Notes under the pieces: model-generated
What the model was told of the DNA's origin: nothing
What the model saw: only the letters and a program-made list of their open reading frames with translations
Databases searched by the model: none
Made by a program: the position numbers and the translations under genes
In this document: in pieces, positions 1-14,261 of the stretch
Layout of the letters: every line of letters begins with the position of its first letter
Numbering within the stretch: position 1 is the stretch's first letter
Origin: Octopus vulgaris
Taxonomy: Eukaryota
Reading direction: 5' to 3'
Length of the DNA: 64,000 nt
Assembly: GCA_951406725.2 (NCBI GenBank)
Contig: OX597820.1
Coordinates: forward strand, 5,890,001 to 5,954,000

Positions 1-415
1 TACTGAGATCTCCCTTTTTAGTAGAAGAAATAGCTATAACTCTTTGACTGCTATTTCTAAATTCGGTATGTGGTAAGGCAATTCGTTGCCAAACCCTTTA
101 TTGCTTAGTATTACTTAAATTTTCCTCGAATGAGGCTTTTACATGCCGAAGACTACTTGGTGTTATTGATAATTATTCCAAATTAATTAATTTCACCCTT
201 CATTATTACGGATAACCATATTTTATCTCAGTAGATGGCCACAGCATCTTGTTTTGGCTACACGCGGGTGGGAAGGGGCTGGTGACACAATCTTTTCATT
301 CACACATTGAATTTGGTGATACTAGTTGCGGATTCTAGCTCGCTCTGATACTGAGTTGAGTTGATGCCTTCTAGTATCTCAAAATTCAATATATAATCAT
401 TTATGATTATAGTAT

Positions 416-516
416 TCTACGCTGAAGAGAAAAGAAGTTCTTGGTAAGATAGAATTATTTAATATTTAATTCTTATGCTTTCCTAAAAACTTGATTTCGA
501 AACGTACGTCCGTAGA
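416..516 (+). ncRNA. Type I hammerhead ribozyme, intact core
   Basis: Stem I tctacg/cgtaga; core CUGAAGA 422-428; ~70-nt stem II (gaaa/tttc, aagtt/aactt, agaatta/taattct); GAAA 499-502; palindromic stem III acgtacgt; GUC site with cleavage after 510. Confidence 0.88.
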
Positions 517-1009
517 TAACTTAAAATTGTATGATAGATTGCCGTCAATTCATTCCCTCTTACCTGTTTGTGTCTGCCTTCCAATTGCTGTTTTTACTGA
601 GATCTCCCTTTTTAGTAGAAGAAATAGCTATAACTCTTTGACTGCTATTTCTAAATTCGGTATGTGGTAAGGCAATTCGTTGCCAAACCCTTTATTGCTT
701 AGTATTACTTAAATTTTCCTCGAATGAGGCTTTTACATGCCGAAGACTACTTGGTGTTATTGATAATTATTCCAAATTAATTAATTTCACCCTTCATTAT
801 TACGGATAACCATATTTTATCTCAGTAGATGACCACAGCATCTTGTTTTGGCTACACGCGGGTGGGAAGGGGCTGGTGACACAATCTTTTCATTCACACA
901 TTGAATTTGGTGATACTAGTTGCGGATTCTAGCTCGCTCTGATACTGAGTTGAGTTGATGCCTTCTAGTATCTCAAAATTCAATATATAATCATTTATGA
1001 TTATAGTAT

Positions 1010-1110
1010 TCTACGCTGAAGAGAAAAGAAGTTCTTGGTAAGATAGAATTATTTAATATTTAATTCTTATGCTTTCCTAAAAACTTGATTTCGAAACGTA
1101 CGTCCGTAGA
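1010..1110 (+). ncRNA. Type I hammerhead ribozyme, second tandem copy
   Basis: Same sequence as 416-516, shifted by 594 bp. Confidence 0.88.
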
Positions 1111-1295
1111 TAACTTAAAATTGTATGATAGATTGCCGTCAATTCATTCCCTCTTACCTGTTTGTGTCTGCCTTCCAATTGCTGTTTTTACTGAGATCTC
1201 CCTTTTTAGTAGAAGAAATAGCTATAACTCTTTGACTGCTATTTCTAAATTCGGTATGTGGTAAGGCAATTCGTTGCCAAACCCTTTATTGCTTA

Positions 1296-1590
<295 letters not shown>

Positions 1591-1885
1591 CTGGCTTCTT
1601 CAGAGTTTTTGCGCTTGCTTTTATCCTTCCACTGCTGGATGACAATAGTTGTTTTGTTTACGTCCTGTTAAGCTAGCTGTTCGGCTAAAGAGAACGATAG
1701 ACATATACTTTGGAATAAGTACAACTGTAGATTCCCGCAACTAAAGCCCTAGAAAGGGTACCCCCAATATGGCCGCAGTCTACAAACTGAAACAAGCAAA
1801 AGATAAATGATATATGTACACGTACGTATAAATATATGTACACACACACACACACACTCAGATATACATATACATGTGTTTAATC

Positions 1886-2251
1886 CAGTCCTGGCCAACA
1901 CGAATTGCATTGTGGGCCACTTTAATCACTGAAAAATTTTGAGGGCCGCTTGCGTACTTTATGCACTAATAGTCAAATAAATCAGAGAATCAAGAAGTTT
2001 TCATACTCTTCGTTTGTTTAAACTTATAAACTTGTAGGCGATTGCTTTAATGCCACTTTATAAATTTCAATTTTTATTTTGAAACAAATTTTTATTTTGA
2101 AACAAAATGGCGGTGCCCCAGCATGGCTACAGCTCATTAGCTGAAACTGGAAAAATCAAAAATCAAATGTTTTATACAAACAATTTTGTTTTGAGATTAA
2201 ACAATACTTCAACGGGCCGCAAGACAATTGTCTCAGGTTGGTCAGCCATTG
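1886..2251. mobile_element. Possible degenerate hAT-like MITE
   Basis: Imperfect ends cagtcctggccaac / gttggtcagccattg; several subterminal gggcc(a/g)c motifs. Confidence 0.3.
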
Positions 2252-2277
2252 TTTAAACCAATGTGTGTGTGTATGTA

Positions 2278-2439
2278 GGCGCAGGAGTGGCTGTGTGGTT
2301 AGAAGCTTGCTTACAAACAACATGGTACCAGGTTCAGTCCTACTGCGTGGACCCTTGGTCAAGTGTCTTCTACTATAGCCTCCGGCCAACCAAAGCCTTG
2401 TGAGTGGATTTTGTAGACGGAAACTGAAAGAAGCCCGAC

Positions 2440-2440
<1 letters not shown>
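2278..2440 (+). mobile_element. tRNA-derived SINE, family A (5' half)
   Basis: Head ggcgcaggagtggctgtgtggt with B-box-like ggttcagtcc; many copies in the window. Confidence 0.88.
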
Positions 2441-2505
<65 letters not shown>

Positions 2506-3489
2506 AATGCGATATTTCGGCTCAAACTGCTCTATTATCATTTTAAGATTTGCTTTGAAAATGAAATCCCATTTCTATTTATTTATTTGACTATTTATTT
2601 TTATCCATTTATTTATTTATTCATCTTCAATTTATGAAGGAACATTCGATGTTGACGTGAATGAACTGTATTTCATGTCATATAAGGAACCCTATTTCCA
2701 ACGCCACAAAATGCTTCCAAATGTCACCCCGCATCCCATATGCGAGGTTGGGCCACCCATAAGCTTTAAGGCACTGAGATCTTTTCTTTTGTCCTGAATG
2801 TGTGCAGCTGAAATCAGGCGCCCCTAATACACCCGTTCGTCTTCTATGCCATAAAATACTATACTTTAGATTTCAAACGATGTTCTCTTTATCTTCTTGA
2901 AACACTCGTCCCTAAGTGCATTGAACCAACATTGACATTAATATCAACAGACAAGCCATTCATGGCAAGGCAGAGCACTTCTCCTTGATAATACCGAGGA
3001 AATAGCAGACGATTATCTAGATAGACTAGAAAAGAAACTGTAAAATCGAAACAGGAAAAAGAACTGAAGAAGAAACTGATAAACTAAACTTATCTCTTAA
3101 TATATGTAATATTTTCTGGAAGTTTATTGGGAAAAGAATCGGAGTATTCTTTTCTTTTATCACCTCAGAGGTTCAGTGAGTTGTCCACATCCTCCGCACG
3201 TCGTAGAAAAATCCTTCGTAGGCTCAAAGAACTTTTTCCTTTGGCCATAACAAGTGTTTTGAGTCACAGTTAACTCTGAACAGAAAAACGTTTTTTGCTC
3301 CGAGCGAGTATTTTACAAAGCTTGTTTTGAAGTCTTTTCTCCATAACATTTTGAATTTAAAGATAGCAATATGGATATTTTACCCCAGGCATCAGATACA
3401 GATACTGTTCTCCGTATGTCTTTTATGCGATTTCTTTAAAGACGGGAAACCACAGAATGGATGGTTTGTCTGTTGATGTCAATGTCAAT

Positions 3490-3719
3490 GTTGCTGTTGC
3501 TGTTGAGCGAACGGTCTTCGTCCCAGAGCTCGCAAGATGGGAGAAGTCCGAAAGTTGGGGCGAAAGAGTACAACAAGGGTCGCCCTCACCCCCTACCGGA
3601 GCTTCATGGAGCTTTATGTGATTTCGCTCAATAAATACACACAACGCCCGGTCTGGGAATCGAAACCACGATCCTCCGACCGCGAGTCCGCTGCCCTAAC
3701 CACTGGGCCATTTCGCCTC
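3490..3719 (-). mobile_element. tRNA-derived SINE, family B
   Basis: Reverse complement of head atggcccagtggttagggcagcggactcgcg...gtttcgattccc; tail shared with 7220-7590. Confidence 0.85.
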
Positions 3720-3971
3720 TACTTGATGTTGCAGTACTTGTCACTATGTGGTTTCAAATTCTAGTGTTTTCACCCTGAAATGCCAGTAATATTTCTTGTA
3801 ATTTCACTTGGTCTAAATATTTCAGTCGTCGGTGCGTCGTAAATTATGCGTCGATATTTTTGTTACTGCTCTCTATATTCTAATTTCAAATCCTACCGGG
3901 GTAAGGTTTGTTTCTTATCTATAAATGATATCGCCAACCATCTTCTGTGGTTAATATAGACACGTTCACAA

Positions 3972-4660
3972 GGCGGTGAGCTGGCAAAAACGTTAGCACG
4001 CCGGGCGAAATGCTTAGCCGTATTTCGTCTGCCGTTACGTTCAGAGTTCAAATTCCGCCGAGGTCGACTTTGCCTTTCATCCTTTCGGAGTCGATAAATT
4101 AAGTACCAGTTACGCACTGGGGTGGATGTAATCGACTTAATCCGTTTGTCTGTCCCTGTTTGTCTCCTTTGTGTGTAGCCCCTTGTGGGTAGTAAAGAAA
4201 TAGGTATTTCGTCTGCCGCTACGTTCTGAGTTCAAATTCCGCCGACGTCGACTTTGCCTTTCATCCTTTCGGGGTCGATTAAATAAGTACCAGTTACGCA
4301 CTGGGGTCGATCTAATCGACTTAATTTGTTTGTCTGTCCTTGTTTGTCCCGTCTGTGTTTGGCCCCTTGTGGGTAGTAAAGAAATAGGTATTTCATCTGT
4401 CTTTACGTTCTGAGTTCAAATTCTGTCGAGGTCGACTTTGGCTTTCATCCTTTCGGGGTCGCTAAATTTAACATCAGTTGTGTACTGGGATCGAACTAAT
4501 TGACTGGCCCCCTCCCAAAATTTCTGGCCTTGTGCCTGGAGTAGAAAAGCATAAACCGGCAAGCTGGCAGAATCGTTAGCACGCGGAGCAAAGTGCTTAG
4601 CGGCATTTCGCCCGTCTATACCGTTCTGAGTTCGAATTCTGCCAAGGTCGATTTTGTCTA
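3972..4660 (+). mobile_element. SINE family C with internally triplicated body, followed by a second degenerate head
   Basis: Head ggcggtgagctggca; body gtatttcgtctg...gcctttcatcctttcggggtcga...agtaaagaaata repeated about three times. Confidence 0.87.
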
Positions 4661-5717
4661 TTTTCAGCTCTTTTTCTTCTTCTGTCCGTTTTCAAACTGT
4701 GTGGCGTGTTGTGTTGGTCATTTCACGTTTATAGAATTAACAAGCCGAAGGAGAAACTAAATTGACTGACAAGCCAAAGTCTGCACGAGAAACGGAAGTA
4801 TCGTGTGTGTGTGTGTGTGTGTTGCTTGTGTGTATAGTTATGCGACTTAAATATTTGTAACATACTCCATAAAAGACACTCGGAAACCAAACGGTGGAGT
4901 TAGACTGGAAGATTTATCGCCCTAAAAGTTTTTACCAAAAAAACCAACGAAGGCTGCAGTAAGCAATCGATCGACTTGCTAGAAACAAGAACCAAAAATC
5001 TCCCAAGACACGTTACCATCTTAAAGATAAGAACGATTCATTAAATGAATATAGTTCTTGATAATATTTTAACACACTGGATTTGTATTGCTACAAAGCG
5101 TTTCACGACAGATATTCTGGTTGAAGGCTAACCGGAGGTTAAACCAGAAGAAAAACTAACTTCGTTGTTCCTATAAGCGGCTCCACACACCGTTGTTGAG
5201 TATACAAACAGCAGAGCTGGTATTCTCTCACTGAGGAACGATATCACTTAACTGGTGAAGATCTTCGAATTGGGAAAACCTCCAGTTCATTCTGACATTT
5301 TCTACTACAAGTAAGAGGAAATAAAACGGAATTACTAGTGGTTCCATTTCTATAAACAGAATTCTTCTCTGAACTTGTTCTTCAGTCACCCAAACTTAAT
5401 GGCGTATTTCAAAAACATACAACTTTTGGTATTTTGAAAGGTTCTTCTTTTTTCTCATTTTAGTGCATTTGTTTATTTCTTTTATTTTCCTGCGATGCAC
5501 TGTGTTTTAAGTTTGGTAAGTAGATCCACTGACGTACGGACTTGTTTTCCTTGGTATCTAGACTTTGTATGTCTGCTAAATAACGGAAGCAAAGAGCACT
5601 TCCGCTGTTTAGTACCACTGCCAGTTCCATGACGTCACAATTTGGCAAACGAAACGAAAACGAAGAAACAAAAGCAGTAAAAATCCAAACAGCTCTGACA
5701 TCCACCTACATACAAAT

Positions 5718-5789
<72 letters not shown>

Positions 5790-6295
5790 AAACATAACAA
5801 AATCAACAAATAAAAAATATAAACGTATATATAACACAACTAGATAAACAAATAAAATGATAAATATACATTTAACAATTATCTGGTAGTAAAGAAGAAA
5901 AAAAAAATGCCGTCAGCGATTACAAAGTGTGAAAAAGTGTTTAATGAGAAGCAAGAATCGGTGCTGGTTTTAACAGAATCTAAAACAGAACGGTCTTAAC
6001 GCAAGGAATATTCACACAAAGAAGAAAAAAAGAATGAAAGGAAAAAAAACAAAAAACAAAAAACAAACACAACCACTGGAAATTCACCAAAAGAAACAAT
6101 GAAGATTGCATGTCGGTAATAATGTTTGGAAAGGAACCAAGAAACTCTCTAAGAAGATCTAATGACATAAGCAATTTATGAATATGAAGGTCAAATTTAC
6201 TAATGTTTACAGTTCTTGCTGGCAAGTGATAAACAAACAGTGGTTTCCTTAACTTGCTCGCACTCGTGTTTATCTTCTTTATGTTCATTTCTATC

Positions 6296-6350
<55 letters not shown>

Positions 6351-6773
6351 GAATAAATGACAATGATAATGATAATGATAATAATGAAATATTCTAAGAT
6401 AAACTGCAAGGTCACAAATTCTTGTTCGGCGGATGCATTCGATTCTGCAAGTTCTGTTAATTGACAGCAACTTTATTCTTCCTACCCAGGAAGGATAAAA
6501 GACAAATATAACCCGGGTGGAATTTTAACTGGAAAAGTAAACGAACATCGCCTTGAAGACGTGTCATCCGCCTTTCTTAGGATTCTACCAAGCGCCGTTC
6601 GTTTGCAGATTTTTAAGAAGTACATCAAGCCGGGGTATCTCACTGAAACTGGGCAGGATTTTATGTTCGAAAAAATAAAAGAAAAGAATGGAATGGAATT
6701 CTGTAAGACGTAATCTCCATCATATCACCGATTCTGCCCTCCGAAAATCTCTTAATGTAGGTCTTGGTGGTGG

Positions 6774-6839
<66 letters not shown>

Positions 6840-7219
6840 ACATCATAATTTTTTAAACTTCAAGAGAATGTGAAATAATACGTTTTTAACGGTAAAACCC
6901 GATAATTTGAATTTTGTTTTCAAAATGTAGCAAACTAGATGACGAACTATAGTTCCTGTAGATATATATTGGACGGAATTTTTAGAGCATGTGGCTTTGA
7001 AGAGTTCGCTTGGGTTGAACATGGAGCATTGAAAATTGTCATCATTTTGCATCTGAAAAGATTCGCCAAAGGAAAATGGTCACATCCGGCATGGCAGTTA
7101 AGAAGAAGGAAGTGGAAGCGAAAGATACAAGTATCTGTGTATTATGTCCATTTGGTTCTCTATCAGGTGACAGGAAATAATACACCAGGATCAATAATGG
7201 CACCAATCATAACAACAGT

Positions 7220-7590
7220 GGCGGCGCAATGGCCCAGTGGTTAGGGCAGCGGTCGGAGGATCGCGGTTTCGATTCCCAGACCGAGTGTTGTGTGTGTTTA
7301 TTGAGCGAAAACACCTAAAGCTCCACGAGGCTCCGGCAGGGGGGGAGTGGCGACCCCTGTTGTACTCTTTCACTCCAACTTTCTCTCACTCTTTCTTCCT
7401 GTTTCTTGTCCTCCCCGACTTCCTACGCAACCGCTGAGCCTGGATGCGCATTCATCCATCCGTCGATGCTCTCAGTGTCAGGGGTTGACCTGCTTTCTCT
7501 TCTGCGGGTCTTACAAATAGCAAAGGACCACGTTTCGGACTTCTTCCATCTTGCCAGCTCTGGGACGAAGACCGTTCGCTCAACAGCGAC
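7220..7590 (+). mobile_element. SINE family B
   Basis: ggcgcaatggcccagtggttagggcagc head with A/B-box-like motifs. Confidence 0.87.
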
Positions 7591-7882
7591 ATCAGTAACA
7601 ATCACGTTTGCTCACACGAACACCTCGTAACAAAAAAGTCTTCCGTTTTCATCCGTCACAAATGTCTTACAATAACGGACATCTGCAATATGGCATGGAC
7701 TTGGGAAAAACAACCACATGCATACGTTATGTAATGCATATAGATACAGCTCTGCTTCATGTTAGCATTCGAGCACAAAACGATGGTAGATCGTTAACCA
7801 AGCGAGTGAAGTTCTCCATGTTTCTTTAATTATTCTATATAATTATTGCATAATTAATTGTCTTCTATATATCGTGGAATGA

Positions 7883-8080
7883 GGCGTTAGCATGCCGGAC
7901 GAAATGCTTATCAGCATTTCGTCCGTCTTTACATTTTGGGTTCAATTTCTGCCAAGATTGACATTGCCTTTCATCCTACCGGGGTCGATAAAGCAAGTAT
8001 CAGTGAAATCCTGGGGTCGATACAACCTACCAGTACCCTCTTACAAAATGTCATGGCCTTGTGCTTTCAATAGAAAAGAC
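7883..8080 (+). mobile_element. Degenerate SINE family C
   Basis: gcctttcatcctaccggggtcgataaa core followed by (TTA)n. Confidence 0.75.
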
Positions 8081-8081
8081 A

Positions 8082-8128
<47 letters not shown>

Positions 8129-8291
8129 ATTTTTTTTTCTTCTTTCAAATTTGCTTCCATTTCTTGCCGAGTGTCTTCCCGACTCCTAGGGCAAAGAAAC
8201 TCATAGTATACATTGGTAGGCCATTAAACCAAACTCAGTAGTTCGTTCATTTTTTTTTTTTTTAAGTTAAATTAAAATACATGAGCAGCAT

Positions 8292-8373
<82 letters not shown>

Positions 8374-8413
8374 CATTATTAAGATTATCATTATTGTTGT
8401 TGTTGTTATTTAT

Positions 8414-8622
8414 GGCGGCGAGCTAGCAGGATTGTTAGCTGGACGAAATACTTAGCAGTATTTCACCTGTTGCTATTTCACCCCTTCAAATTCCGCCGAG
8501 GTCGAATTTGCCTTTCATCCTTTCAGGGTCGATAAATAAAGAACCAGTAAAACACTGGGGTCGATCTAATCGGCTAGACACCCCAACCAGAATTTCAAGG
8601 ACTTGTGCCTTTAGTAGAAAGG

Positions 8623-8625
<3 letters not shown>
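8414..8625 (+). mobile_element. Degenerate SINE family C
   Basis: ggcggcgagctagcag head and gcctttcatcctttcagggtcgataaa core. Confidence 0.78.
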
Positions 8626-8700
<75 letters not shown>

Positions 8701-8704
8701 ATTG

Positions 8705-9925
8705 CTTTTGCACAGTTTCTAACGCTGGAGATGTACTACTGTGTCAGCTTTACACTACCAGTGAACTAAAATAACACCTCTTATTATTCGAGCACCTTCC
8801 GGAATATTCGAGCGGTTCCAAGCAGTCCTGTTTTCTCCAAGTGCTCCGCCCTTATTGCAGCCCCTATTTGTTCCACGTACTTCTCGAGATTTTTGCTCAC
8901 TGTTCCCAGGGCTCCGACAATTATTGGTACTACTGCTACCTTTTTCATCAACCACAACTGCTTAACCTCCCAAGCTAACCTGTCATATCTGTTGACTTTT
9001 CTTCCTTCCTTATCGCATACCTTGTTGTCAGCTGGGTATGCTATATCTATGATGAAGCATAGTTTGTTTTCTTTTTCAATTAAGTCTATGTCTGGCTTCC
9101 TATTCTCTATCTCATGGTCGCACTGAATCATAAAATCCTATAGGATCTTTGCATTTCTATTTTCGGCGATACCTTAAGGTTTGTAGTCGTACCAAGTTTT
9201 TGCTCTGTCAAGTCCATACTTGTTGCAGAGTGTCCAATGGACAAGCCTGGCTATATTGTCGTGGCGTCTCTTATATTCCTTCTGGGCTAGTGGCATACAT
9301 TGGCTGGTAATATGCCATACGGTTTCACCATTTTGTCCACAGATTCTGCACTTATCACTTTCTGCTGTATTATCTATTCTGTATTTTATGTAGTTTGTTC
9401 TTAGAGCCTGCTCTTGGGCAGCACAGATTAGAGTCTCCGATTCCGGCTTTTAATCACTTTTAGTCATCCACAGCCATCTTTTTTCTCTGTCTGTCTTCAA
9501 CATCCCTATGAAATTGACCATGCATTCTTTTCTTTACCCACCTATTTTCAGTTTCATTCGTTTTCAATTGCTTATACAGTGCTTTATCTTTGCAATCTTT
9601 CATCCTACACAAGCCTGACCTTCCTACTTCTAATAATATCGGTTCTGTGGCATTCTTCTGCTCTAATGATGTGTTCGCATCCAATAAGTCCTCTTCCCCC
9701 TCTCTTTCTTGGTACATACAGTCTGTCTGTGTCACTTTTTGGATGGAGTGGCCCATATCTAGTTAGCATCTTCCTTGTCTTTCTGTCTAAGCTGTTTAGT
9801 TCCTCTACTGTCCATGCGATTACCCCTGCTCCATATCTAAGGAGTGAAACCACCCAGGTGTTGATAGCTTCCATCTTATTCCGTCCCGTTAATTTCGACT
9901 TAAGGATCAATCTTAGTCTGCATCG
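8705..9925 (-). pseudogene. 5'-truncated R4/Dong-like non-LTR retrotransposon (RT C-terminus, CCHC knuckle, restriction-like endonuclease)
   Basis: RLYVPRKRGGRGL, HGQF, CRICGQNGETVWHITSQC...RRHDNIA and RKPDIDLIEK...IIDI motifs in broken frames. The 3' end abuts (AAC)n/(AAT)n. Confidence 0.88.
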
Positions 9926-10039
9926 CTTGACAAATTTTAAGGATTATCACGTGAGGTTAACCCACTGGCTAATTAAATTTGGATGTAATGGTTTTTGGAT
10001 GATGGTGATGATAATAATTTCAAATTTTGGTCCTAAGCC

Positions 10040-10254
10040 AGGAAATTCGGGAGGGGTTAAGTCGCTTATACCGATCGCAATGTTCCACTGGTCCTTGTTT
10101 TATCGATCCAGAAAGAATGAAAAGTAAAGCCCACCTCGGCAGAATTTGAAATCAGAAGGCAAAGACAGACGAAAAGCTACTAAGCGTTTTGTCCGGACGA
10201 AAAGCTACTAAGCGTATTGTCCAGCGTGGTAACGATTCCGCCAGCTCGCCGCCT
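10040..10254 (-). mobile_element. SINE family C
   Basis: Ends in gccagctcgccgcc, the reverse complement of the head. Confidence 0.75.
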
Positions 10255-10282
10255 TAGTAATGTTTTTTTTTGTCTTTTAATT

Positions 10283-10512
10283 TTTTCAGTCATTTGACTA
10301 CAGCCATGCTGGAGTAACGCCTTTAGTCGCGCAAATCAACCCCAGGACGTATTCTTTGTAAGCCCAGTACTTATTCTATCGGTCTCTTTGCCGAACCACT
10401 AAGTTACGGGAACATAAACACACCAGGATCGGTTGTCGAGTTATATTGGGGTAGGGGGACAAACACAAACAGACAAACACACACGCACATGTATACATAC
10501 ATACATACATAC

Positions 10513-10548
<36 letters not shown>

Positions 10549-10650
10549 GACCGGCTTCTTTCAGTTTCTGTCTCCCAAATCCACTCACAAGCATGGTACT
10601 GAACCCGAAACCATGTGGTTGGTAAGCAAGCTACTTACCACGCAGCCATA
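10283..10650 (-). mobile_element. SINE family A, internally deleted
   Basis: Reverse-complement head and tail (cagtcatttgactacagccatgctggag) with an internal microsatellite. Confidence 0.82.
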
Positions 10651-10688
10651 TACACATACATTTATATATATATACATACATATATGTG

Positions 10689-10762
<74 letters not shown>

Positions 10763-10793
10763 GAGAAGGAAAGAGAAGGATTTAGGTAGATGC

Positions 10794-10852
<59 letters not shown>

Positions 10853-11371
10853 TTTAGTCATATGTATGTGAGTATATACATGTGTATCTTTTTGTATGCA
10901 TGTATAATTATGATGCTATGCAATTTGCTCCCATTGCAGCATAACAGATATGTGGCCAGATGCCAACAGAACAGGCCAATAAAGTTGTCATAACTATATT
11001 GCAGGGGGATGAACGGGGAGACGGGGTGACAAGGGTGTGTGTGTGTGTGTGTGTGTGTCTGCTGTTTTTCAGCTTTTTGAATACCCAGGTTAGTTACATT
11101 AGTAATACTGTGTACTTAACATCAACCCCCACCAATTTCAGGTGTTAAATAACAATAACTGAATCACACTTACCTGTCTAGTGGTGGGGCGGGTGGGTTG
11201 TGGGAGAATACAGACCGCGGCAAGAACAGGAGAACGCGCTGCGTTGTACACATCGGGACAGACACATAGCAACATACGCAGTGACACATACACACACTCT
11301 CACAAACTGACGCATACACACACGTGCGCGCCCACATACATTCACAAGCATATACATTTATATACATATAT

Positions 11372-11439
<68 letters not shown>

Positions 11440-11461
11440 ATATATATGTATATGTATATAG

Positions 11462-11530
<69 letters not shown>

Positions 11531-11574
11531 TGCATATTTACATGCATGCATATATTTATGCATATGTGTCTAAG

Positions 11575-11778
11575 CGCAGAAGTTTTGGTTTTCTTGAAAT
11601 ATGGGTGTGTACCGATCCGCTTGGGGCAAAGTATGGCTGGACTTGGGTTCTTGTGGAGAGAACGCAACTCCCTAATTCATACACTACAAATTCACACATT
11701 AAAAAAGGATTTAAAGGATGATAAACAAAGCAAGATACTTTCCCTCACAACATTGCTACCAAGCTTGTGACCGGTCAA
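11575..11778 (+). pseudogene. 3' fragment of an RLE-type LINE, diverged copy of 12415-13025
   Basis: atggctggacttgggttcttg...taattcatacactacaaat parallels atggctgaactcgggttcttg...taattcatacgctacaaat. Confidence 0.6.
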
Positions 11779-11780
11779 AA

Positions 11781-12175
11781 TCTTTATATATAAAAGAGAA
11801 GTTGTGTGTCTGTCTCCTACGATTTAGATTCCTAACTCCTCCCACATTTTGCGGTGCAGTTTAACCAAAACCGGGTATCTTATAGTCGTGATTCATATCG
11901 AGCCCTTCTGGGTATTAGCGCGCGTCTACGATGAGTCTACGATTTAAAAAAAAAATTACCATCATTTTTTCCATTTTAATGCATTCTTTTCGCTATTATA
12001 TAAAGGAAGTAACTATCTAAAAATGTCTACGATGAGTCAACGATTTAAAAAAATTTACCATAATTTTTTTCCATTTATAATGCATTTTTTTGCTATTTTT
12101 TGGCTATAACTCTCTAAAAATGCTTATATAGTTATTTCCCTTACAAACCCGAGCAACGCCGGGCGATACTGCTAG
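11781..12175 (+). mobile_element. Non-autonomous Helitron
   Basis: A|TC start, CTAG|T end, subterminal hairpin cccgagcaacgccggg, no TSD. Confidence 0.82.
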
Positions 12176-12204
12176 TTAACTCTAAATTTAAAAAAAAAAG
12201 GAAT

Positions 12205-13025
12205 CCTCAAGTTAACACACAATCAACCAGATATTGTTGTGTGGGGCCTCAAAGAAAAGATATGTTCTGTTGAGGAAATCAGCTGCCCTCGGGGCACCAA
12301 CGTAGTTCGAAAAATACAAGAGGAAGAGGAAATCTACGGACCATTGCTAAGAAGTTTGCAGATCCGGCATCCAAAATGCACTTTCAGATTCATAACCATT
12401 TTTATTGGAGTAATGGAATGCATACCAATTGGTCTGGAGCAGATGATGGCTGAACTCGGGTTCTTGGGGGAGAGGATGCAATGCATTAATTCATACGCTA
12501 CAAATGATCGCGATATCTATGACTAGAAAAGGCAATAGAACCTTCTTCTTTAAGTGGAGGCGCAATGGCCCAGTGGTTAAGGCAGCGGACTCGCAGTCAT
12601 AGGATCGCGGTTTCGATTCCCAGACCGGGCGTTGTGAGTGTTTATTGAGCGAAAACACCTAAAAGCTCCACGAGGCTCCTGCAGGGGATGGTGGTGATCC
12701 TTGCTGTACTCTTTCACCACAACTTTCTCTTACTTTCTGTTTCTGTTGTACCTGTATTTCAAAGGGCCTTGTCACTCTCTGTGTCACGCTGAATATCCCC
12801 GAGAACTACGTTAAGGGTACACGTGTCTGTGGAGTGCTCAGCCACTTACACGTTAATTTCACGAGCAGGCTGTTCCGTTGATTCGGATCAACCGGAACCC
12901 TCGTCGTCGTAACCGACGGAGTGCTTCCATCCAGAACCTTCTTCAGATTTGAAGGACGATGGTTAAAATATGATCCTTTCTTACACAGACTAGCTACCAC
13001 GTAGGTGGCCGGTGAAAAGTTCCAC
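12205..13025 (+). pseudogene. RLE-type LINE endonuclease/3' UTR fragment interrupted by a SINE
   Basis: NQPDIVVW...EISCP...IFIG, a PD-(D/E)xK-like pattern. Confidence 0.7.
12549..12932 (+). mobile_element. Full-length SINE family B with 12-bp TSD
   Basis: TSD agaaccttcttc at 12537-12548 and 12933-12944; tRNA-like head. Confidence 0.92.
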
Positions 13026-13134
13026 TAAATTTAAAAGAGGGAGAGAGAGAAGTACAGTTATACGTAACATTCGAGCGTTAATCTCAACGATGCAGATTCC
13101 GTTAATCGCTTCCTTATCTTACATTTTCACTTTA

Positions 13135-13165
<31 letters not shown>

Positions 13166-13173
13166 TGGTGTTG

Positions 13174-13237
<64 letters not shown>

Positions 13238-13242
13238 ATATG

Positions 13243-13329
<87 letters not shown>

Positions 13330-14261
13330 GTATATATGTATATATATGTATATATGTATATATATATATGTATATATATATATGTATATATATATATATG
13401 CATATATATATTCATATATATATATGTATATATATATATATGTGTGTATATATATATATATATACATTTATGCGTGTGTGTATATATATAGACAGAAAGA
13501 GAGGGAGAGAGAGAGAGATGAGTCTGGAGTTTGTATGAAAACATATGTATATGTGTGTGTGTGTGTGTGTGTGTATGTGTGTGATATTTGTGGTGTGTTT
13601 TTTTTTTTGTGAGTGTGTGTAAGTGTCTATGTTACAAGTGAAATACTTTGGGAACCACGTGTAATTAACTTCAATCAACGCGTTATCAAGACAGGGAAGA
13701 CGTTTTGAGTGTTGCAGGAAATACCAAAGTTAATTCTGCCTTTCCTCCACCTGAGCTGTTCCTTCATGCCAGAAACGAATATCAATGATTGAGGCGGAGC
13801 AAACGATGGATTTAGAGATTTATTATTGATTTCCAAACTAAGATTCTTCAAACGTTTTATCTGAAGTGGATGCCTGAAACTATAAACTTTAATCTTTAAT
13901 CACATTCTATAAATATCTTGCAATTCTTTCTTAACTCGCGTTTCCTTTATACCTCAAGACTTCTGCTTTTTGCTTATATGACTGTGTGCGCGCGTCTGCA
14001 TCTTGCGTGCGTGTGTGCGTGAATAGGTGCTTCTCTATATCTCTATATGTATGTGTATGCGTGTGTGTGTGTTTGTGTGTGTGAATATATGTATATTTAT
14101 ATATTTACATGCATATATTGTAAGATTATATAAGTATGTATATATATATATATATATACATAACTGGATGTGCATATCTATATATGTTCGCATATATCTT
14201 TATACATATACATATATATATATACATATGAATATATATATAAATATATGTATGTATATAT

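Noticed and set aside
7220-7290. tRNA-like sequences at SINE heads
   Set aside because: They continue into SINE bodies and lack a complete cloverleaf, so they are not tRNA genes.
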